Assembly: GCA_951406725.2 (NCBI GenBank)
Contig: OX597820.1
Location: 12,338,001-12,402,000, forward strand
Length of the DNA: 64,000 bases
Direction: 5' to 3'
Source: Octopus vulgaris
Taxonomy: Eukaryota
Shown here: piece by piece, positions 54,165 through 64,000 of the stretch
How the letters are laid out: each line of letters opens with the position of its first letter
How positions within the stretch are numbered: position 1 is the stretch's first letter
Notes under the pieces: generated by a model
The model's input: only the letters and a program-made list of their open reading frames with translations
Told to the model about the DNA's origin: nothing
Databases searched by the model: none
Position numbers and translations under genes: made by a program

Positions 54165-54370
54165 TTTTCTACTCTAAGCACAAGGCCCAAAATTTTGGGG
54201 GATGGGCTAGTCGATTAGATTGAGCCCAGCTCGCAACTGGTGCTTAATTTATCGACCTCGAAAGGATGGAAAACAAAGTCGACCGTTGCAGAATTTGAAC
54301 GTAAAGACAGACGAAATATCGATAAGCATTTCGCCTGGCGTGTTAACGTTTCTGTCAGCTCACCACCTTG
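54165..54370 (-). mobile_element. Deu/Nin-domain SINE
   Basis: actggtgcttaatttatcgacctcgaaaggatggaaaacaaagtcgacc..ctgtcagctcaccacctt. Confidence 0.88.
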
Positions 54371-55630
54371 CAAGCATAATTTATTGCAAAAGAAATGCAT
54401 GAAAATGATATTACGTTTAAATTGAACACTTTCTTAAAGTGTATGGAAATTACAAAAACACTCCTTCGGTATTTTATTGATTTCTAATCATGAAATTATA
54501 AGGATATTTTAAAATATTCCTTCCTCTTCATACATTCGGATAAGTAGGGACACACCCAACCATATGCACAACAAAGCACATAATCACATATATTGATGGA
54601 TAGATTAAATGGTAAAGTGATTTATACGAATATCTTGAAAATTTATAAAAACGTTACTATTCCTTCACGCTTGTAATTATGACACGTTAATCTACATTCT
54701 TATTTTTCAATAGATAGATAGAATTGTTGATTGATCGATCGATCGTTAGATAGATAGATAGATAAATACATAAATACATAAAAACATATAAGTAGATGAA
54801 CTTTTAAAATAATACTTAGAGTTCTACTAGCAGTGGTTTAAAACATTGGGTAACATTCCTATTAATAATCAAATTAAATACTATAGCAGAAACAAAATTA
54901 TTAGATAACAACTAACAGCAGAAAACAAAATCGTTTTTCGTCAGAGTTGTATATTCAAGACTCAGTCAGTGATATAGGGTTAGCTTGGGGATAATGATAC
55001 ACTTTCTCATAGAAATTAACGTAGATTTGAAATGTTATCATCATACCTAAATTTACAGATATAATTAAAAAGCAGAGTAAATTACTAGAAAACAATTACT
55101 GTTATTGTAACATTCATCTAGTGCATAATGCGTAAACAATAACCTGTAATTCAGATTATACACATACACATACACACGCACAAACACATGTGCATTAGGA
55201 TAAAAAATATCCTTTAGGACAAGTTGAGATTCTGATCAAAATATATTAATATTTCCAATGAAAATTGTATCGATAACTTTCTTCCATAAGCAACTTGTGG
55301 GTTGTTAAGCTCGAGTAAATTATGTGCAAAACCTGACAGGATAGTTAGCTAGCAAACACCCAAATCTCATTTATATTCTCGTATTGGTTATAGCTGTACA
55401 AATTGCTTTAGGTGGATAATATAACATAAGGAAAGAAAAGAAGGATCCAGCCCATACCTAATAACATCAAATCCTTTGTTGTTAATGTCCGCGATTTAAT
55501 ATTGCAGGGCAACGGAACTATGCATAGAATTCTTTAGAATATGTCATGCACTCATTTTCATGTGAGCAACAAATAACTAGAATAAGGAAATGCGTGTTTG
55601 TCTTTGGCTGTATCGCCTAAACAATATAGA

Positions 55631-55858
55631 TTTATTTATTGCCCACAAGGGGCTAAACATAGAGGGGACAAACAAGGACAGACAAAGGGATTAAGACGAT
55701 TACATCGACCCCAGTGCGAAACTAGTACTTTATTTATCGACCCCGAAAGGATGAAAGGTAAAGTCGACCTCGGCGGAATTTGAACTCAGAACGTAACGAC
55801 CGACGAAATACCGCGAAGCATTTCGCCCGGCGCGCTAACGAGTCTGCCAACGCCGCCT
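55631..55858 (-). mobile_element. Young Deu/Nin-domain SINE with TSD
   Basis: Reverse complement of the 42645 copy plus head. Flanked by cgcctaaacaatataga. Confidence 0.92.
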
Positions 55859-55974
55859 AAACAATATAGAATAGTTCACCAACGCCTAAACAATATAGAA
55901 TAGTTCACGGCGTCAGTAGTGAATATGGATAACAGCATCACTCCTATAGATAAACTAAAGCGCAAATACTAGAC

Positions 55975-56313
55975 CAGAGGTTCTCAACCATTTTTTCCAT
56001 GGATCCCCTTGGTTACTATTTTATTTGGGTGGAATCTCATAACCATTCAATATTTAAAAACTTCTTTAAAAAATTCCTAGTTTGTTTTCACACATTAACG
56101 TCTATAGGTTGAACTATGTAAAATGTTAGAGAGAGAAACCTAACTGTTTTCCACGATATATACCAATAGATACATCTAAAGGAAAATAATTTTTAAGAGG
56201 CCCTTGAAATACTATTCTTGATCTGCAGTTTACTATTTTGTTGCATGGAACCCCTACCCCCAAATCTTACATGTACCCTCAGGTGTCATATGGTCCCCAG
56301 TTGAGAACCATTC
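55975..56313. mobile_element. hAT (Charlie/MER5-like) MITE
   Basis: TIRs cagaggttctcaac / gttgagaaccattc, degenerate 8-bp TSD tactagac/caccagac, internal atgga.ccc subterminal motifs. Confidence 0.7.
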
Positions 56314-56859
56314 CACCAGACGACTAAAATCCAACATGTGGTTTTAATTACTTTCATATATTTTAGAAATTATTTGATGTTTATGCAGTTAATCAAAGTT
56401 TTGTTTATACATTTCTACAAATTAATTATAATACCAGCAAATCACTTTGTGACAAATTGTCACAATTTATATCACAAAAATGCACAAAATCACTTGGCAT
56501 CACTTCATCACTCAGCATCACTAAAGTTCTCTAAAGTCACATCACCTATTAAATCACCGATGAGAAATAGAAATACTCAAACTAGCACAAATTATGTAAA
56601 ATATTTGGTTATTTAGTTATAATTTAATTGTTTATCAATTAATCCCTATGATGATTGACGTGGACATAAACCCTTTTGTAGTTTCCTTATAGATTAATCT
56701 CTAATAATCTTTCCAGCTCATCATATTTTACATTGATAACTAAATGCGTTGCATTATTTATCGTAGATTAAATAACATTGTAGTTGATTAAATATTTAAT
56801 TAAACGTAGATGCCATATATGTGCCAATATAATAATTCAATTACATATATCAATTAATT

Positions 56860-56928
<69 letters not shown>

Positions 56929-57732
56929 GCTGATGTTATTACATTTAATTAGATTATTTCTACTCTGCTGGTCGTCCAAAGTTAGCCTGTATCATTTTGG
57001 GTAAAAAGACACCATTCAATTAACCAGGTGACCGCTTCACGAAGGCCGATTGCTTATAATAGACACCCATCTAAAACGTAACAAAGAATGATGTTAACAT
57101 GAAATTCATATTTGACAACTATATATTAGAACCAGTAAATGGGATGCAGATAAACGATTCTGACATTTTGTTCCTTCGTGTTAGTATTTAACACAGTTAA
57201 ATTACATATAAGATAATGTAAATAATAAATTAAAGAGATATACACTATCTTTCAATGTAAATTTATTCAGATTTATTCAGATTTCAAGTTAACAAAATTT
57301 AACTAATCTTCTCATTAAAGATGTTATCGAAAGAGGTAATGTTTATACCAAAAGATATCCAGACATTTTTCCAGCATTCGTTGCTAAATAATGATGCAGA
57401 AATTTTTATGTATAACTATTTCTTTAATATTTACACATTTTGTTTTCTGCTTCGAAGAGCTAATTACTTTTCGCAACGAAAATGTATCTCACTACAAAAT
57501 ACTAAATAATTTTTTTTTAATGCTGGAAACAGTATGAGAGATTGGATTATTCTACTCAATATTTTAATGCTATTCTATTAAAATAAATACAAACAAGATT
57601 TCTACTACATGCACTATGTCTGTGAATGTATGTTGACACTTCAAATGCGGGCATTCTCGATCATGTTTATTAAATAATATAGTTAGTAACAAGAAATAAA
57701 GAACAAAAATACAACAGTCAAGTAACATCTAT

Positions 57733-57944
57733 AATATTGGTTTCAAATTTTAGCACAAGACCAGCAATTTTAGGGGTGGGGATTAGTCGATAAAAGTAAC
57801 TCCAGCACTCAACTGGTATTTATTTTATCGATCCTAAAAAGATGAAAGCCAAAGTCGACCTTGGCGGGATTTTAACTTAGTGTGTAATAACGGACAAGGT
57901 GCCGCTATGCATATGGCCCGGCGCGCTAAGATTCTGCCAGCTCG
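57733..57944 (-). mobile_element. Deu/Nin-domain SINE followed by (CTA)n at ~57984-58040
   Basis: aactggtatttattttatcgatcctaaaaagatgaaagccaaagtcgaccttggcgg..gattctgccagctcgc. Confidence 0.85.
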
Positions 57945-57983
57945 CAGTCTTGACAACAATAGTAATATTAAGAAAAACGTAAT

Positions 57984-58041
<58 letters not shown>

Positions 58042-58269
58042 GCTACTGCTGCTGCAGCTACTACATTGACTGTAACGAGTGAAGGAAAATCGTGACATTT
58101 TTAAACATAATCTCTTCCGCCTCTACATACATTATCTACTTCCTGTATACATACACATATATACATACATGCATATATATATATATACATATGTATGCGT
58201 ATGCATATATATATATATATATGTATATGTGTATATATATAGATATGCATATGTGTATATATATATATG

Positions 58270-58442
<173 letters not shown>

Positions 58443-58925
58443 GCACATATATGAAAATGTATCGATATATGTATTAATATATACATATCTTTCTGTAATA
58501 TTTATATGTATTTATATATGTGTGCTTGCGTGCGTGTGTGTAAATAATAGAAAAGAAGCAGTGTTTCACTTTTAACACTGATTTTGAATATATGAATTGC
58601 GTAAGATTATCAAAAAGTGAGGTTCGTAATGAGAAAAAAAATGCGAAAATGTCTTATTTAGTTTGGTTCCTTACAAATGAAAATTTCCAAAGGTATGTAT
58701 CCAAGGCATGTGTTTGCTGTTGTTTGAACGCCAAGCAAACAGGTATGTTTAGACACAACCAGTTTGCACGGCTGCTTCCCTAACCAAATCACTAAAATTT
58801 CACGATATGCACAGAAAATAGCAAATGGTATACGAATAGAATTAAGTTCATATTTACATATATACATATATAATCATACATACATACATGCTTACAGACC
58901 CACACACACACACACACACACATAT

Positions 58926-59324
58926 CAGGCACGTGCCGTCAGTAATTACTCAGGGCAGGCAGTTGTTGACCTTTATGTAATAAAACGCACAAATAATAAG
59001 CGAAACAGACGTGCGACAGAGTTGATGGCAGATTTACTTCTGCCTTTAGAGCACGTAAAGCAAACAGTGTTGTAGGAGTGTACGCAGCACATGTACTACA
59101 GCACTAGTAGCTTAAATACGGAGGTTGAAAAGCAGGAGCGAATTATGCCTACCTAATCTACAAAAAATACAATATTTTGCATTTTATGCATAGTAATCAG
59201 ATTAGCTTTCGTAAATTTTATTGAATTAGGTGCATATTTTGTCATAAAATGAAAATGTTGCTATCGATCTATTTTATTCAAGGTAGGCACTGCCTAGCTT
59301 GCCCACTTAGGCGGCACGTCTCTG
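58926..59324. mobile_element. Putative MITE (hAT-like CAG termini)
   Basis: caggcacgtgccgtc...gggcaggcag is inversely matched by ctgcctagcttgccc...ggcggcacgtctctg. No clean TSD. Confidence 0.5.
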
Positions 59325-60529
59325 ATATACAGATTTACATATAAATGTATATATGAGTGTACATGAAAAACCATGTGTGTTTGTGTTCGTGCGTATGTGT
59401 GTATGTGTGTGTATGTAGTGCAGTGCCTGAGTGTAGGTTATTATGTATAACATAAATAAAACACAAACAAATATATATTGATTAGATTTTAGTCATTCGC
59501 ACATGATCAATATTCGCATGTTTTAGATATTGCCTGTATAGAAAAACCGTTCCGTTGCAGAGTGAGAATATTCCCGCTTAAACATGTAGTAATTTGTGTA
59601 CATGCCAATCAAGTACATTATCAAGTACATAATCGTTGTAGATTAGTAAACCAATTCATAAATACCGACAAAAAAAGAAAGAAAAAAATCGAAGAAGAAT
59701 TTGCAATATTAACTGAATTCCTTTTCATGAAGCTACCTCTAGAATTCAGATTTATCTGGAAAGAAATTCGGAAACATAATTGAAAATTAAAATAAAAGTT
59801 TGTACGTAACTTAGTTTAGTTATCAAATATTGTAAATGATTGTATGTATATTTTCTGATAATGACATTTTAGTTAATTTTCAATAGTATGCTTGTCGATT
59901 ACAAGCCGTGGTTTATTATTTATTGGAGACCCACATAAAATGGTTACTTTCTCAGAAGCCTGCTATAAGTTTATATACACAAATCATGCTCATACAAATA
60001 ATAACCATATGTACAGGCACACACGTACACAAATGTACGCACGACCACATACAACACACATGCACGCTCTAAAGCATACACATATGATTGTGTGCACATA
60101 AAAGCACAGTATAAACATGTATGAATAATAAATAGATACATTTAAATTTTTATTAGAGTAACATTGTCGAAAATATATCATTTACCTTTCTCTGTGGATA
60201 TCAATTCGTAGCAATTAATTAAATAACTGTGTTCTTATGTTAAAGTTTATAATTAATTCATCAACAATCCGGAATATTTCATTATATCGCTGCTGTAAAC
60301 CATGTTTAATTTCTATCCGTCTAGTTATCAATGCATAATTTATTTTTGTATGGTAAAGGGTACATAAAACCAAACATACAAATGCAACAATATTCTTCTA
60401 TCTGTCTAGTTAACTAACATTACGATAGAAGTAGCTATTACTCCATAATACGCTCTGACAGGTTCAATTGTGAATATATGATCTCCGTTGTTTGTATACC
60501 GTCATCGGAGAACATCTCTTCTCTTCAGA

Positions 60530-60790
60530 CAATGGCTAAGGTGTTGCGCTCACGATTCCCAGAGTGGGCGGTGTGTTCTTGAGCAAAGCTCTTCATTTCA
60601 CGTTGCTCGGTGATCATATCGACAGCTGACATGTGACTCCCAGTTGCACTTGTAGAGGTAATGTCGATTTGATGGAGGGAGTGAGCTTATGTCTGCCCAA
60701 ACATTTGATCACTATAAACAAATCATCTGTATTGGTTGCTCGGTAATAAATTGTCGAACCCTCACATGTCGTCTGACGATTGGAGAGTCA
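60530..60790 (+). mobile_element. Diverged CORE-like SINE
   Basis: gtgtgttcttgagcaaagctcttcatttcacgttgctc matches the 18349 family core. The tail gaaccctc..tcgtctgacga resembles the third family tail. Confidence 0.65.
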
Positions 60791-60802
60791 ATCACTAACA
60801 AC

Positions 60803-60863
<61 letters not shown>

Positions 60864-60890
60864 ATGTATGTATATATATATGTATGTATG

Positions 60891-60939
<49 letters not shown>

Positions 60940-60941
60940 GT

Positions 60942-60973
<32 letters not shown>

Positions 60974-61122
60974 GTATATGTATATATATATGTATGTATA
61001 TGTATATATATATGTATATATATGTATATATATATGTATATATATATATGTATATATATAAAAGTATATATGCATATATATGTATATATGTATATATATA
61101 TATGTATATATGTATATATATA

Positions 61123-61166
<44 letters not shown>

Positions 61167-61232
61167 GGTCCCGGGTTGATTCGGGGTTAACCACAGTAAG
61201 TAAGGTACTCAATACATAGCAGAGTAAAATTA

Positions 61233-61364
61233 ATTTATTATATAGAAGGAGCTTCTACAGGACTAGTACTGTTTCATTCAAGAGAAATCTTCAGGATGCT
61301 TCCTGAAGATTTCTCTTGAATGAAACAGTACTAGTCCTGTAGAAGCTCCTTCTATATAATAAAT
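61233..61364. repeat. Perfect 64-bp palindrome (4-nt spacer) with a hammerhead-like core in each arm
   Basis: Arms 61233-61296 and 61301-61364. CTGAAGA-T-TTC(tctt)GAA-T-GAAAC-agtacta-GTC lies at 61303-61336(+) and 61261-61294(-). Confidence 0.93.
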
Positions 61365-61543
61365 ATATATATATATATATATATATACAGACAGACATGC
61401 ACACTCGCACATATACACATATATAATATGGTTATATTCTGTTAGGAGCGTGACATAAAGCTCGTCCACCTTCAAATTTACCCACTACCATTGATAGTAT
61501 TATATACTTCCAAGTTTAAATTTGGCCATTCATCGTATGAGAA

Positions 61544-61997
61544 TATAACATTGAAGAAATTAGAGTCATGACGAATCAGTACGGTCGGACAATTATTTCT
61601 TATTCACTACAATTATTTCGACTCACCGTAGTTCTCCAATAATACAGGCATTTGTTTATGCAATTGTTTGCTTGCACAATGAGATCTACTTGTGTTTCCT
61701 CAGGCGATATATGAGTGTTCTCTCGCTTAGTTTAAAATCGTCGACCTCAAGGCCATCTCCTCTGTACGTCGTGATTTAAATTTAGACCCATACCATGGGC
61801 CTATCAACCACTATTAAATTCATACCACGACAAACAGAGGATATGAACTTGAAGTCGATCTCATTATGCAAACAAACAGTTGCATAATCAAATACTTGTA
61901 TTGTTGGAGAACTACGTTGCGTCGAAACAATTGGAGCGCATTATAAATGAATGTCCAGCCGTATTCCTTCTACATGGCTCCAATTTCTTCAATTATA
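61544..61997. mobile_element. Diverged fold-back element (~145-bp outer arms plus an inner stem)
   Basis: 61544-61690 pairs with 61851-61997 (cgtagttctccaataataca / tgtattgttggagaactacg). 61741-61784 pairs with ~61815-61858. Confidence 0.85.
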
Positions 61998-62148
61998 TAT
62001 ATTCATATATATATATATACACACACACATACATATATTACGAGACGAAATAAACAAAGGGAATCATTAAATTTTATGCACACATTTGTAATCGGTGTAC
62101 AATTGAAAAACGTATTCTTCATCGTGAGATGGCTCCGAGACGATAAGC

Positions 62149-62216
<68 letters not shown>

Positions 62217-62415
62217 GTAAAACAGATTTCCCTTTATAAACATCTAATGAATGTGAGTAAATACAAGTAAATATATATATATAAAGTTAAGTGCTTTTGT
62301 GTGTATTAAAACGAAGTTAATATTTTTCATAATTTGGGCCCCAAACAATATTTCGGATTTATAGATGAATTATTGATTATAAACTTCGAACTATCTAGAA
62401 AATTAAAATACTTAC

Positions 62416-62455
62416 CGAAAAGGAAAAATACAAGCACTGTTTCAAGAATGAACAC
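62416..62455 (-). CDS. Candidate 40-nt coding exon (VFILETVLVFFLF+G), signal-peptide-like
   Basis: Acceptor ttttaatttctgcccAG and donor G|GTAAGT. Phase 0 at the start fits the candidate exon at 63885-63914. Confidence 0.45.
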
Positions 62456-63884
62456 CTGGGCAGAAATTAAAATTTTCTAAAGTTATATTTGCAATACTTC
62501 TAGATATCATATTTTAAAAGGTTTTTTCTTCTAATTGCAATGTAATTTATAGTGACAATACATGTTCTATTTATTAGCGTTTACGGAAAGAAAAAAGTAA
62601 CATTTAAATTAATAATATTTCTAGTCGAAACATATTTTTATATCGTGATATTCAGTATCATGTAAGCCATGTGTATCAACATCGTATGAGCCATGTATAT
62701 GACAATCTATTTTTTTTATTTCATTCATGCTACTAGGAATCATACTGCTAGGAGTCATATTGCTGTTTGATTCATACTGCCAGGTTTAAATATCATATCA
62801 TTTATATTTTCATCTGAATAGACTAGTTTATGAAACCCCTCATTTAAATACCATGTTGGTTGTGAATCCGAAAAATCCGAAAAATCTAAATATTTGTTTG
62901 AATGTGAAGGTATTATATTTAGTTTTATTGGCTGCGAATTTCCTTCTGGTATAATTTCATTATCAAGTGTTATATTTATTTTTAATACGTATTACAATAA
63001 GGAATGATTTTTTCCCTAAAAACAATCAATAATGTCATTTACTTATAACGATAATCTATAAACCTTGTAATACGCTGAAGCATTCATGTATGAACTTCAA
63101 CAAAATTCAAATGTTTTAAGATAATTGTCATAACAATTAACACTTATTTGCTACACTACAGATAATGATAAAAATTAGAAAACATTACTGACAGAAAAAA
63201 GTATATCTTTAGGATAAGCTCTTTTGACTTAAATAATTTGTACTCCAACTATTTTAATACAGATCATAACATAGAGGATTTTACTTTTTCTTCAATTATA
63301 GTTCGATAAAAAAAGTGATGTCTATTCAATGTAATATACCGTTATCATATAATATAACATTTTGTCAACTGGAACGAGCAACATACAGTAATTTAATGCG
63401 AAGTCCCTCTATATAAAGAGCACCTGGATTGATACTCGCATTGAGGAAATTCTGTTCATATATTTTGCTTATATCAGTCATACAGATAAACTTTGAAGGA
63501 ATTTATGAAGGAATCTTAATAAGTTATTGTTTATTTAATTAATAGTAGTGCAATATTACTCAACGAAAAATGCTGTAGAACTTTTCGGCATCAATGAATG
63601 TTAGCAAATATTGTCATATTAGAAATAACGTATAATTGTTATTTAATGAGAAAAGTTCCAAATGCTTGCTTGATGAATGAAAAAAGAAGGCTGCTTGAAT
63701 AACCAAGAAAATAATTATCCAAGATTATATATCTAATAAACAACAAAAAATCCGTCATATGAGATGATTTCTGTGCCTATGTTTAGGAAAAAATTATATA
63801 ATTATCGAACTGGCAAATGAATGAACAACATTTTCTTAATTAATTCTTTACTGGCAATGCAACTTTTATAAGGCTATTACTTAC

Positions 63885-63914
63885 AACGTAGGTCGAACAG
63901 TCTTTTGCTATCAT
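63885..63914 (-). CDS. Candidate first coding exon segment (MIAKDCSTYV); exon probably 63885-63933
   Basis: Acceptor ttatttccatttctgaAG, in-frame TAG upstream of aagATGa, donor GTT|GTAAGT in phase 0. Confidence 0.38.
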
Positions 63915-64000
63915 CTTTCCACACTAAGATCTCCTTCAGAAATGGAAATAATCGAAGAGATGATACTTTAAAAGACACACAGTTACGAAATCGATAGTTA

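Overview
Eukaryotic, AT-rich, repeat-saturated window. The SINE families and the very high (TA)n/(CA)n/(TACA)n density suggest an octopus or other coleoid cephalopod genome (inference). It has no complete host gene, and almost all ORFs in the supplied track are microsatellite or SINE artefacts. Supported content: (i) three Penelope-like element (PLE) coding fragments. These are a young, uninterrupted but 5'-truncated RT-thumb-GIY-YIG Neptune-type copy at 1-1573(-), a decayed Neptune-type copy with an inverted pseudo-LTR at ~39880-41045(-), and a tentative Naiad-like RT/thumb fragment at ~13365-13865(-). (ii) About ten minimal hammerhead-ribozyme motifs in PLE pseudo-LTR relics, several in fold-back pairs inside TA microsatellites. 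(iii) Four tRNA-derived SINE types (CORE-like and Deu/Nin-domain), some with clear TSDs. (iv) Non-autonomous Helitrons, MITEs and fold-backs, plus RTE and Tx1/L1 LINE relics. (v) An old ~700-bp duplication 8.66 kb apart, and candidate small minus-strand exons encoding a signal-peptide-like N-terminus at 62416-63933. Coordinates of degenerate repeats are approximate and all alignments were made by eye.
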